A stretch of 64,000 nt of DNA from Saprospiraceae bacterium (GTDB lineage Bacteria; Bacteroidota; Bacteroidia; Chitinophagales; Saprospiraceae). Within the stretch, counting starts at the first letter, position 1. Each line of letters opens with the position of its first letter. Positions 46,301 through 55,133 of the stretch are shown here, in pieces. The stretch spans positions 13,626-77,625 of the forward strand of contig JABSSL010000029.1 in NCBI GenBank assembly GCA_013214355.1, in the 5' to 3' direction. The notes under the pieces were generated by a model. The model searched no databases, was not told where the DNA came from, and saw only the letters and a program-made list of their open reading frames with translations. Made by a program: the position numbers and the translations under genes.

Positions 46301-46535
46301 AGGTTTATTAGGACTGAATCGAGCCTTCATCTACACCGGAGTACCTAATGTTGTATTCTCTTTGTGGAAAGTTTATGATAAGGTGAGTGCACAGCTAATG
46401 GTGGATTTCTATGCCAAGGTTTTAGATGGGAAAGACTATGGTATAGCTCTGCGAGAAGCGAAACTAAAGTTACTGAACCAGGAAGCCACAGCAGCTCCCC
46501 ATTATTGGAGTCCTTACTTACTGATTGGTAGATAG
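43380..46535 (+). CDS. Exported TPR-repeat CHAT-domain protein, paralogue 2
   Basis: Signal peptide MKKTVLLLLTFLAMDKAMVFSQ, TPR-like repeats, and a CHAT C-terminus (HIAGHS, LSSCESG, HYWSPYLLIGR) that aligns closely with paralogue 1. The ATG at 43380 is preferred over the TTG at 43299. Confidence 0.85.
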   Translation: MKKTVLLLLTFLAMDKAMVFSQSLSPSEQKELQERYFGNLDLMQADKLYWSGKGKEAQSLYASARRTFQAQKNWEAYIRSSSSLAKSLAGGETFEEGVTIAKESIRLIEAQAPAYKKYCNRIYHSLSAIYQWAGQAEHSLPYAHQSLLCLRAQDANEEDATFGYYYNGLGTIHRDIGDLDSALYYFKQGLQVLQKGTNQKDFEYARTYEHLGALHATRGNFDKAIEDTEKGLKIASEAQSRSGLQLVYFYLNLGSFYSDIGEYAQSTDYFRKVIYTIETSGTTKARYREKIIPFALLGMGHNHLALGELEEASIAFDKAGKTLQGKQSLFDLQLRAIIGKGQVQVQKGDVTQALQYLQEAEELFEQSASKLPNNIRYIEVQASIQRKLGDIYKLQKKWDSSLFAYKEALQLNFTGGDTDLYRTGPGTYQSIAGIFEAKEQLDSALLYNQKALQLATYGNEDSPLEDLSAGQSIGSSLVTYSILNQRANLLLQLAAHAKDLPSRESLEAEVLSVYSFADQVHLQNLRKINLLRGAQSKALIERSLTNYQDALAFTTELYERRGDRRFLEKSFFFTQKMKAQQLWLSSLNSQAVSYGNVPSERLREERDLQHDIHYYENKVREARAIQDSVALAKYQYTYLLESRKRYSALVRKIEQENPDYYASKYAFQPETEEGLQALLQQDELLIEYVFADSVIYAYTMGHGQAMEVYKIPLLDQTTSQIQDLHQLLQKTSWIRRSKREKFIQLSHQLYQQFIAPLAAQINGKSRLIIIGDGITNYIPFEVLLSSDTFSPFTALNYLIRQFTISYHYSSSLFAQARRKERDRSTAGIFAFAPVYDKTSGSDLALGEVLTEESLRAIKEGHFSPLPESEKEVKTIVQLFEQKGSNNNLLALRQDAYEGALKHNLEQNFTFLHIAGHSFANVEQPKFSGIACAETKRQDEDGILYSGEIHALNTQADLITLSSCESGYGKLDRTEGLLGLNRAFIYTGVPNVVFSLWKVYDKVSAQLMVDFYAKVLDGKDYGIALREAKLKLLNQEATAAPHYWSPYLLIGR

Positions 46536-46559
46536 AATTTCGTAAAGTAATCCGGCGAA

Positions 46560-47474
46560 CTACTTCACTTCAAATTTTTCTACTAGATGAATCTTTTCTT
46601 CGGAAAAGTCCTCAATGATGTAGTAGTATAAGCCAGGCTCCAGGGTATAGGACTTGGCGAAGTCGATGCCGTAGATATCTCCTTCTATTGGCGTAATCGT
46701 CAAATCACTCGTATTGACAGGAGAAAAATCGTCAAAGGCTTGGCGGTCATTTGAAAACAGGTGGAGTTTGAAATCTTGCTGAGAGATATCCTCTCTACTC
46801 TGAAGCTCAATCTTGATTTGAAACGGACTGGGGTCGGCAGCAGCAGCAAGCTGGATGTCCTTTTGCTTCATAGTAAACTTCACACTCATTTCTGCATCTC
46901 GCAAATTATTCTCGATTAGAAATTCGAGGGAAGGATTCGGGACAAAATTGGCAGCAATGGCCCGAGGTGCTGGCTCCCGTTGCCCTCTTTTACGTCCAGG
47001 ACTAGGAGGAGGAGTTGTGGGGGTTGTGGGCTGAGGCTCCACTTCTTCTTCCTGAGGTTGCTCCATAGGGGCATCTTGTGCGGGTATCGGGCTTAGCTCT
47101 TCCGTTGGAATCGCAGGTGATGTTTGCTGCTCTTGTGGTACTGTATTACTATCTGGCGATTGATCGCTATTACTCCCTGTCCAAAACCACCATACCATGG
47201 TTAAGAGGATTGGGATGAGAATAGCGATAGCCCATCTATTTGATTTTGGGGCAGACGCTGTATCTGCTTCTTTTCCTAATATGCTTAAATTTTTTCGTAA
47301 GGCATTCTCTGGGGAATCGGATAGGAGGTCTTCCATATCTCGGTGCAATTCTACCTCTTTGCTTAGCTGGTCATCAGCTTGCATTTCTTGCTCGAATTCC
47401 TTTCGGCTTTCCCCCCTCAATTTATTGTGAAGATAGTCTTCTATCTTCCGGTGTTTTTCCTCATCGAATGCCAT
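46560..47474 (-). CDS. Single-pass membrane protein, putative anti-sigma factor
   Basis: Start codon is 1 nt after the sigma gene stop. Cytoplasmic helical N-terminus of about 85 aa, TM segment WAIAILIPILLTMVWWFW, Pro/Glu/Thr-rich linker, and a C-terminal domain of about 130 aa. No zf-HC2 motif. Confidence 0.55.
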   Translation of the reverse strand: MAFDEEKHRKIEDYLHNKLRGESRKEFEQEMQADDQLSKEVELHRDMEDLLSDSPENALRKNLSILGKEADTASAPKSNRWAIAILIPILLTMVWWFWTGSNSDQSPDSNTVPQEQQTSPAIPTEELSPIPAQDAPMEQPQEEEVEPQPTTPTTPPPSPGRKRGQREPAPRAIAANFVPNPSLEFLIENNLRDAEMSVKFTMKQKDIQLAAAADPSPFQIKIELQSREDISQQDFKLHLFSNDRQAFDDFSPVNTSDLTITPIEGDIYGIDFAKSYTLEPGLYYYIIEDFSEEKIHLVEKFEVK

Positions 47475-47475
47475 A

Positions 47476-48042
47476 CTAATCTTTGGTTAATTGTTTGTAG
47501 TTGGGATCCGATTTAATTAAATCAGCAAGGCTCTGCTTACACTTATATTTTTTGCGTTTTGCATAATCCTCCGTATACCCCATTTTTTCTGCGATCTCTT
47601 TGCTCGATACTTTATTAAAGAGCATTTTCAACACTTGCCGGCATTCTTCCGACAGGTCCATAAACCTCTGGTTGAAAAGTGCCCATTTTTGGCTTTTAAG
47701 CAAAGCTGCATCTAAGTCGTCTTCATCACTATATTCCAAAATCTCGTCAAAAGGAACCTCTTGGCCACCTCTTTTTCTCAACTTCTTCAGCCAAATTCTC
47801 TTACAAACGGTAAAGAGAAAGTTGTGCAAACTTGTGGTAAGCTCTAAGTTCCCCTCGGAAGCTTTACGAAAAACCACCAAAATACCTTCCTGAAAAACAT
47901 CTTTGCCATCATCTACATTCCCAGAGTTTCTTTTTACATATTTGATCACCTCTGGCAAAGATTCCTTATAAATTCTTTTCAGTATAGTAAGATCGTTTTC
48001 GACAATCCCCCGAACCAGCTCATGATTAAGCGTTACATTCAT
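47476..48042 (-). CDS. ECF-type sigma-70 family RNA polymerase sigma factor
   Basis: 188 aa with region 2 (DVFQEGILVVFRK...FLFTVCKRIWLKKLRK) and a region 4 HTH (SSKEIAEKMGYTEDYAKRKKYKCKQSL). Confidence 0.8.
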   Translation of the reverse strand: MNVTLNHELVRGIVENDLTILKRIYKESLPEVIKYVKRNSGNVDDGKDVFQEGILVVFRKASEGNLELTTSLHNFLFTVCKRIWLKKLRKRGGQEVPFDEILEYSDEDDLDAALLKSQKWALFNQRFMDLSEECRQVLKMLFNKVSSKEIAEKMGYTEDYAKRKKYKCKQSLADLIKSDPNYKQLTKD

Positions 48043-48078
48043 CTATTCTAAAAATTCCCTTCCAAATACTGAGTCTCT

Positions 48079-48094
48079 CCGGAACCGGTTCCGG
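48079..48094. promoter_or_regulatory. Perfect 16-bp palindrome CCGGAACCGGTTCCGG upstream of the sigma gene
   Basis: About 37 bp upstream of the sigma ATG. It contains GGAAC, an ECF -35-like motif, in both orientations. Confidence 0.3.
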
Positions 48095-48333
48095 CTGAGA
48101 ATCAGCAACTTGGGACTTTAGCTAACATCCAAGGATAGCATTTAGCGAACTAAAGGCTAGAAACAGGCGGACGCCAAGTTGCTAAAGATATGTTTAACAG
48201 GTAGCAGAAATTCGACCATAGTCACTTTACAAAGATAAGAAGAAAACAGGCAAGCAGCGGGAAATATGAGCCATGTCCGCCACAAAGATTACAGCTCTAA
48301 TAGGGCTTTAACACATTTGTCCAATATTATCCG

Positions 48334-48341
48334 TATCTTTG
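48334..48341 (+). promoter_or_regulatory. Bacteroidota -7 box TAtcTTTG upstream of rpsU
   Basis: Exact TAnnTTTG match about 285 nt upstream of the rpsU ATG. A TTTG at 48316-48319 is closer than the usual -33 spacing. Confidence 0.3.
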
Positions 48342-48626
48342 CACCCTGTTTTATGGAATTGATTCGATATTGGCTTCCACGCCTATAGTTTATGTTCTCA
48401 AGTGTTATGGTGTAATCCAACTGAAAACCTTCCAACATACTTATCCGATACACCCTTGTTTCAAGCTATTTAATTCAAATCCATAAGGCTCAGGGATGAA
48501 ATGCGAATAACTACCCTTGGAGGTAGCTGAATAGATTTGCATTCCCAAAATGGCTACGCACATTGGAATCCTCCTGCGGTTTCCGTGAGCATGCCCTAAT
48601 GTGATTTAATCAATCAAAAATAATTT

Positions 48627-48812
48627 ATGATAATTATTCCAGTTCAAGAAGGAGAATCTATCGATCGCGCACTGAAGCGATATAAGCGTAAAAGACAAGA
48701 CATTGGTTTGATGAAAGAACTGCGTAAGCGCAAGCACTTTACTAAACCTTCTATCGAGCGACGTAACGAAATTCTTAAAGCACGTTACAAAGAACAGAAG
48801 AATCAAGATTAA
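48627..48812 (+). CDS. rpsU: 30S ribosomal protein S21
   Basis: 61-aa basic protein. IDRALKRYKRK...MKELRKRKHFTKPSIERR matches the bS21 pattern. Confidence 0.9.
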   Translation: MIIIPVQEGESIDRALKRYKRKRQDIGLMKELRKRKHFTKPSIERRNEILKARYKEQKNQD

Positions 48813-48830
48813 GAACATAGCAAATTACCC

Positions 48831-50519
48831 ATGCAAGAGTTTTCTAGCCTTGGCCTGAGTCAACCCACTTTAGATGCCATTGAGGAACTTGGTTTTGAGA
48901 CCCCAACGTCGATTCAGGCTGGAGCCATCCCTAAATTACTAAACAGTGAAAGCGATTTCATTGGACTAGCTCAAACTGGTACCGGAAAGACCGCAGCCTT
49001 TGGCCTGCCACTGATGGAACTGGTTGATCCAGAACTACCCTTTGCACAGGGCTTGGTGCTAGCTCCAACCCGGGAACTTTGCCTGCAGATCTCTAATCAA
49101 CTGGAAAGTTTTGCTAAATACCGCAAAAAGACCAGCATTTTAGCTGTATATGGAGGAACAGATATTGGCCGTCAAATACGACAGCTGCGGAAGGGTGTAC
49201 ATATCCTTGTAGCTACTCCTGGTCGCCTACGAGATCTATTGGAACGGAAAGCAGCTGATATTAGCCGCATTCGCTACCTCGTTCTAGATGAGGCTGATGA
49301 AATGCTGAACATGGGCTTCCGTGCAGAGATTGATGAGATACTCGAAAATGCCCCCTCTGAGCGTACTACTTGGTTGTTCTCCGCTACCATGTCTAGAGAT
49401 GTTAGACGGATATCCAAGAACTACATGTACAAGCCAGAGGAGCTAGTAATCGGTACCGTCAATGCCTCCAACAAGGACATTGAACATCAATATACTGTTG
49501 TTCGAGCCACGGAGAAATACGATATTCTCAAAAACTTTATCGACGCGGAAGAGGAGATCTACGGCATCATCTTTTGCCGAACTCGTAGAGATACAGAGAA
49601 GTTGGCTAAGATGCTCGAAAAGGATGGATATCCGGCTGATGCTATTCATGGGGATCTTAATCAATCGCAGCGAGACCGTGTAATGGATCTTTTCCGAAGG
49701 AAAAGAGTTACCCTACTCGTAGCCACTGATGTTGCAGCTCGAGGTATTGATGTGAACGATATCACACATGTCTATCATTTCAATATCCCAGAAGATCTTA
49801 ACTTCTATACGCATAGAAGCGGTCGGACAGGACGTGCCGGAAAGCGCGGTGTTTCTTTAATTCTAGCGCACCACCGTGAGAAGGGAATGATTCCACAGTT
49901 GGAGAGACGACTGGATATTCGCTTCAAACACCAGGCTCCTCCTTCGGCAGAAGTCTTGTTACAGCGTAAGTTAGTCACCCATATTCAAGGGATCTTGGAT
50001 GCCCCTGAATTCGACATATTGGATAAGGTTCTTCCTCCCATCCAGGAGGCCCTCAAGGAAATGAGCAAAGAAGACCTGATTTATCAGATTGCTGCTTCCT
50101 TCGCAGAAAAGAATCCAAGATATACGGTAGAGCATAAATCTCAACCGATTGAAGCTGGAAATTACCAAAGGAGACGTGATGGTCGGGACAGAGACAGAGG
50201 AGGGAGAGACCGAAGAAGAGGTAATGCCGATTTCACTCGATTATTCATCAATCTAGGCACCATGGATCTTCCTCAGAAAGGAGATTTCTTAGGTTACATT
50301 TGCCGATCTTGCAATATCTCCGGCGATTTTGTCGGACGGATTGATATGAGTGAGAAATATAGCTTTTTTGATATTCACAAGAGTCGTGCAGATCAGGTAA
50401 TTGATGCCCTAGATGGTGGTGACTATAAAGGTCGTGACCTCCGGGTTAATCAAGATCGCCCTTCTAACGACAGAAGAAATCATCGCAGAGGACAAAGAGG
50501 AGGAGCTCGTCGAAGATAA
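48831..50519 (+). CDS. DEAD-box ATP-dependent RNA helicase (DeaD/CsdA-like with DbpA-type C-terminal domain and RG-rich tail)
   Basis: Q-motif, AQTGTGKT, DEAD, SAT and HRSGRTGRAG motifs, plus a C-terminal RNA-binding domain. Confidence 0.9.
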   Translation: MQEFSSLGLSQPTLDAIEELGFETPTSIQAGAIPKLLNSESDFIGLAQTGTGKTAAFGLPLMELVDPELPFAQGLVLAPTRELCLQISNQLESFAKYRKKTSILAVYGGTDIGRQIRQLRKGVHILVATPGRLRDLLERKAADISRIRYLVLDEADEMLNMGFRAEIDEILENAPSERTTWLFSATMSRDVRRISKNYMYKPEELVIGTVNASNKDIEHQYTVVRATEKYDILKNFIDAEEEIYGIIFCRTRRDTEKLAKMLEKDGYPADAIHGDLNQSQRDRVMDLFRRKRVTLLVATDVAARGIDVNDITHVYHFNIPEDLNFYTHRSGRTGRAGKRGVSLILAHHREKGMIPQLERRLDIRFKHQAPPSAEVLLQRKLVTHIQGILDAPEFDILDKVLPPIQEALKEMSKEDLIYQIAASFAEKNPRYTVEHKSQPIEAGNYQRRRDGRDRDRGGRDRRRGNADFTRLFINLGTMDLPQKGDFLGYICRSCNISGDFVGRIDMSEKYSFFDIHKSRADQVIDALDGGDYKGRDLRVNQDRPSNDRRNHRRGQRGGARRR

Positions 50520-50563
50520 AGTCCGACACTCTTGTACTTAGATCCACTGTATTAAAAATGGCT

Positions 50564-50965
50564 TTATTCTGCCCCTTTTCGTTGAGAGAAGGTCAGGATA
50601 AAGCCATTTATGTCTTCGATGGCAAATTCCTTTGTGCCATAAAAGGTAGTGTTTAACTCCTTCACGACCTTTACCTTACCTTCCAAGTTCATAAACCAAG
50701 ATTCGATTTGTTCTTGTACTAGAACATAGAAGGTCATGGCTCCCCCAAGCGGCGTGGCGGATAAGCGGGGATACTCGGCCCGAAGTGAGGAAACTTCTTG
50801 AAACATTAGTCCTGCTTCCCCTTTCTTTACAAACCCCCATTCCAGTTCTCCATCTGAAGGATTAGTATCAACGATCTCAAAGCCTAGGATATTCTTGTAG
50901 TAATCCAGCGTTTGATTTACGTCTTTTACCATGATATTGGGGGTCAATGATGCAAAGGTTACCAT
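50564..50965 (-). CDS. VOC/glyoxalase-bleomycin resistance family protein
   Basis: 133 aa with a VOC-like beta-alpha-beta-beta-beta pattern (MVKDVNQTLDYYKNILGF). Confidence 0.7.
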   Translation of the reverse strand: MVTFASLTPNIMVKDVNQTLDYYKNILGFEIVDTNPSDGELEWGFVKKGEAGLMFQEVSSLRAEYPRLSATPLGGAMTFYVLVQEQIESWFMNLEGKVKVVKELNTTFYGTKEFAIEDINGFILTFSQRKGAE

Positions 50966-51130
50966 ACTTGTTGCTTTTTGAACTTATAACACTAAAACAA
51001 TCCACGTCCCGACTGACACGATAAGGAGTCTTTCTAAATACTCCTAGTTGAATGCAGCACAAAGGTATACCCTTAGAGGATATTAGGCTTTGTATAAAAA
51101 CGACAACTTCTCATGTATCTTAGGAAGAGG

Positions 51131-51868
51131 TTATTGGAGTTCTCTTAGCACAGATGGATTCCTTCCCGTCATTCTTTGCACTTCTCGGGTTAAATGAGCA
51201 TGGTCCGTATAACCATGGTCAAAAGCGATTTGCAGGAGACTCTTACTCGAATTTTCCCGGATATCCGATAGGGTCTGAGTGAACCGAAAAATCCGCTGAT
51301 ACTCTTTCATACTCACCCCTACAAAGCTTTTGAAGCGACGTTCCAATTGACGAAGGCTGACATAATACTGTCGGGTTAAAGCACCAATATCTATATTGGT
51401 ATATCGACTTTCTATATCCTGGCAAACAGATGTGATGAGCTGATCTTCTTTTCTTCGACTGTGAAACAGCTGAGGTAATAGATAAGCTTCAATCCAATGA
51501 ATTTTATCTTGAACGGCTTCGATACCCCAAAGTCTTTCATTCCATTCTCCGGTTGGCCATGTAGAAACCTCCGACAAACGGGAAGAGATATTTTTCAACT
51601 CAGCCATGGGAAGCTCTTGTAGAAAACTCAGCCCAGCTGGCTTTAATCTAATTCCTATCAGTTCTGTTTTTCCATTAAATGCCACATCTCTGTAGTACGT
51701 CATCATACCTGACACCCTAAGCCTTTCACTGCCTGTACCATGAAATATCAAGTCTACACACCCATCTGGGTAAATTCGAGAAGCGGAGGTACCCTCCCCA
51801 CTAGCTAACCAATAGGAAGCCACAAAGGATTGCCAGAAGGGATGAGGTTGAAATTCTTGATAGATCAT
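51131..51868 (-). CDS. AraC-family transcriptional regulator
   Basis: C-terminal HTH_18 (LLQIAFDHGYTDHAHLTREVQRMTGRNPS) with an N-terminal sensor-like domain. Confidence 0.8.
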   Translation of the reverse strand: MIYQEFQPHPFWQSFVASYWLASGEGTSASRIYPDGCVDLIFHGTGSERLRVSGMMTYYRDVAFNGKTELIGIRLKPAGLSFLQELPMAELKNISSRLSEVSTWPTGEWNERLWGIEAVQDKIHWIEAYLLPQLFHSRRKEDQLITSVCQDIESRYTNIDIGALTRQYYVSLRQLERRFKSFVGVSMKEYQRIFRFTQTLSDIRENSSKSLLQIAFDHGYTDHAHLTREVQRMTGRNPSVLRELQ

Positions 51869-52134
51869 TAAGAATATGTACTAGTTTTCTTACACCCATT
51901 CCATGGCCATATGCAAGACATAATCCAGTTGAGTAATGGCATCCTTAAAAGTACTATTTTCAAAGATCAATCATTGAATGGATGATCATAATTGGGTAAC
52001 TACCCTTCTGCACATCCAACCTAAAATGCTTCCCTTTGCTATGTGAATGGATAATATTCCCGTTACATTGTGAGAATCTATGGCCACTGTACTATACAGC
52101 CGCTAAACACCCGTCTAATAGCTAAAAGCTTGAA

Positions 52135-53205
52135 ATGGATAAAAGAATACCACTATTGATAACAGGATTGCTATTCCTCTATTCCTGCAACCGGAGGATA
52201 AAACCGGCATTAACAAGCAATGAAGTTGAGGCTTACGCAAGCTTATGGAATGAATTAGATAATTACCCAGAGCGAACGGGCAGAAGTGATGATATCTGTT
52301 TTCTGACGCCCAATTTAGGTTGGGCAATCAACAATAAAGGGACACTTTATAGAACGGAAGATGGTGGCGAATCATGGGCGTTGCAATTCAAAAAGGATAG
52401 CTCCTTTTTTAGATGTGTCGTCTTCAGTGACTCATTGAATGGCTGGTTAGGGACAATCGGATTAAATGAAAAAGATCTCTACTCAAAAGATTCTACTGTC
52501 TTATATCAAACTCAGGATGGTGGACAAAATTGGCACCCAGCAAAGATCTCTGGCGAATATCCTACCGGCCTATGTGGATTGCAAAAAGTATCGGAAAATA
52601 TGATCGTTGGATGCGGAAGGGTAAGAGGACCTTCCTATTTTATTAAAACTACAGACAAAGGCAAAAACTGGAAATCGATTAGATTGAATGATCAGGCAGG
52701 TGCTTTAATTGTTCCTCATTTTTTTGACGAAAAAAGGGGCATCATGATAGGAGGAACAACCAACGACAAAAAAAACTCCAAAGCACTAATCTTATCAACG
52801 GAGGATGGCGGTGAGACCTGGAAGAAAGCATTTGAATCTTCCCAACATGGGGAGTATTGTTGGAAGGTTGTCTTTCCGACCAGAGAAATAGGGTATGTAT
52901 CCATTCAAAGAAATGTTGGGGACGGAAAGTTTCACTTCTTAAAAACGGAAGATGGCGGCAGAACTTGGGTTGAAAAGGAGTATGCAAAACAACACTACTT
53001 CACTCAGGGAATAGGCTTCCTAAATGAGGAAATAGGTTGGATTGGAGGTAGCAGTTCCTATGGAACCTACGAAACTAAAGACGGAGGCGAGACTTGGATC
53101 AGTGTACCTGGATTTGGTAAGGGACTCAACAAATTCCAGTTCTTTGGAGACACTTTGGGATATGCCACAGGAAAAAGGATATACAAATTTGAGCTAAAGA
53201 AATAA
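52135..53205 (+). CDS. BNR/Asp-box (Ycf48-like) beta-propeller lipoprotein
   Basis: Lipoprotein signal (LFLYSC) and repeated TEDGGESW, TQDGGQNW, TTDKGKNW, TEDGGETW, TEDGGRTW, TKDGGETW boxes. Confidence 0.75.
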   Translation: MDKRIPLLITGLLFLYSCNRRIKPALTSNEVEAYASLWNELDNYPERTGRSDDICFLTPNLGWAINNKGTLYRTEDGGESWALQFKKDSSFFRCVVFSDSLNGWLGTIGLNEKDLYSKDSTVLYQTQDGGQNWHPAKISGEYPTGLCGLQKVSENMIVGCGRVRGPSYFIKTTDKGKNWKSIRLNDQAGALIVPHFFDEKRGIMIGGTTNDKKNSKALILSTEDGGETWKKAFESSQHGEYCWKVVFPTREIGYVSIQRNVGDGKFHFLKTEDGGRTWVEKEYAKQHYFTQGIGFLNEEIGWIGGSSSYGTYETKDGGETWISVPGFGKGLNKFQFFGDTLGYATGKRIYKFELKK

Positions 53206-53330
53206 AAATTAACCAGATCATTGCTCAACCACTCGCACTTTAATAAGGGAATTAGAAAGCGAGTGGTTGGGCACATATCTTGGGATAGCTGAAATACAGG
53301 GTATAAATCCTAGTTTCTTCTAAACCTTCA

Positions 53331-55118
53331 TCAATCTAAGCGCTCCGCATACACATAGTAACAACTGCTGGCCTGATCTGCATTATCGATGAAGTTAGCT
53401 GAAAGTTGGTATTGCCCAGGAGACAACTCTAAAGTGAAATGTACAACTGCACTATCTGGATCAATTGGAGCCTCTGCCTCTTGTCCTGCGATCGAAATAT
53501 TAGCAGCCTTGAAGGATAAGGCTTCTCCCACCTTGTAAGCCGTTCCTTGTGGAATCTCATCGCCTTCAGGCGCACCTTCCAGGATCTTTAAACCGGATTC
53601 TACTGGCCAGCGGCGCAACCCGAAGCGGTAGGTTCCTGCCGATTCCACTTGGACTGGCCAATACCCTTGAGTCCCCTTTCCCGCTCTTATGTGTCCTTGA
53701 TTCCACGCTACCCGTTTACCATCATTCAATAGATCATGTTCCGTAAGCGTATAAAGCTCTCCCACTTCCTTCCCAAACTGGAAGTAACAATAATCCTTCG
53801 CTCTTGCACTCACTTTCTTCCACCAGATCTCGTAAGCTGCTTGTAAACTATCCACGACTGCCGGATGAGTTTCCGCTACGTCCTCGATCTGTCCAGGATC
53901 TTTCTTTATGGCATAGAGTTTATCATTGACAAGTCGCCACTCCTCGGTCATAACAGAAAACCGCTTGTACTTCACCAGGTCTTCCTCTCGTTGGGTATCC
54001 GCAAATAAGATTCGTTCCGCTTGCTCTTTCCCCTCCACTAAAGGACGTAAACTTGTACCGTCCCAATCCAATCCTTCCTTGTGTTCCATCCCTACCCAGT
54101 CCATAAGCGTTGGCACCAGATCAAAAACACCAGCTAATCGATCAATATCTCTTCCTCCCTCGACCTTTCCATCTTTCCAATGGATGAACAAGGGTACTCG
54201 ATGCCCTCCTTCGTACTCCGATCCCTTTTTACCCCGCATTCCAGCGTTATACCCCTTTCTAACTTGCCCTTCCTGATCCAACTGACAACCCGCTGCTGTC
54301 CCATTATCTGTAAGGAAAATCAAGATGGTGTTGTCAGCAATCCCCCATTCTGTCAACTTGGTCCGCAGCTTGCCTAGGTTTTCATCAATATTGGCGATCA
54401 TACCAAAAAAGTTAGCATTGACCACATTTTCATTTCCTTCATATTTCTTACTGTAGAGTGTATCTACATAAAAAGGACCATGAGGCGCATTGGTGGAAAT
54501 GTAGGAGAAAAAAGGTTTATCCTTATTCTCCTCCATAAATGACAATGCTGCTTCGAACCACACATCTGTACAATACCCTTGTTTCTTTTCTGGAACCCCA
54601 TTATGGAAATAGGTATCATCAAAATAATCATTGTTCCAATAGTCTGGAGTTTGGCCTACCCCTCCCCCGCCGTGCACCAAGACCTCATCAAAACCTCGAT
54701 CCTGGGGGCGATAAGGATAGGTATCGCCTAAGTGCCATTTACCAAACATCCCCGTAGTATAGCCTACATTTTTGAGCAACTCCGGTAGTAGTACCTCATC
54801 TGGCCACACCATTTCCCGACCTTTAATCGTATGCCACGCACCTACTTTATTGCAGTACTGGCCCGTCATCAAACTGGCCCGTGAGGGCGCACAAGTAGTC
54901 CCTACATGGAAATCAGTAAAGCGAACACTTTCTGCGTGTAATTGATCTAGATTCGGAGTTTCGAGGACAGGGTTTCCATGACAACCAAGGTCGCCATATC
55001 CCTGATCATCCGTGATAAGAATTACGATATTAGGTGGCGTGGAACTTGCAGGCTTCTCAGAACGGCAAGACAGTAGTCCTGCCGTGAGGGCTACAACAAT
55101 TAATAGGTGGTTTTTCAT
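53331..55118 (-). CDS. Arylsulfatase (formylglycine-dependent sulfatase family)
   Basis: Signal peptide, ILITDDQGYGD, and the CAPSRASLMTG (CxPxR) motif. Confidence 0.85.
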   Translation of the reverse strand: MKNHLLIVVALTAGLLSCRSEKPASSTPPNIVILITDDQGYGDLGCHGNPVLETPNLDQLHAESVRFTDFHVGTTCAPSRASLMTGQYCNKVGAWHTIKGREMVWPDEVLLPELLKNVGYTTGMFGKWHLGDTYPYRPQDRGFDEVLVHGGGGVGQTPDYWNNDYFDDTYFHNGVPEKKQGYCTDVWFEAALSFMEENKDKPFFSYISTNAPHGPFYVDTLYSKKYEGNENVVNANFFGMIANIDENLGKLRTKLTEWGIADNTILIFLTDNGTAAGCQLDQEGQVRKGYNAGMRGKKGSEYEGGHRVPLFIHWKDGKVEGGRDIDRLAGVFDLVPTLMDWVGMEHKEGLDWDGTSLRPLVEGKEQAERILFADTQREEDLVKYKRFSVMTEEWRLVNDKLYAIKKDPGQIEDVAETHPAVVDSLQAAYEIWWKKVSARAKDYCYFQFGKEVGELYTLTEHDLLNDGKRVAWNQGHIRAGKGTQGYWPVQVESAGTYRFGLRRWPVESGLKILEGAPEGDEIPQGTAYKVGEALSFKAANISIAGQEAEAPIDPDSAVVHFTLELSPGQYQLSANFIDNADQASSCYYVYAERLD

Positions 55119-55133
55119 GATTTGTAGTTGTGA

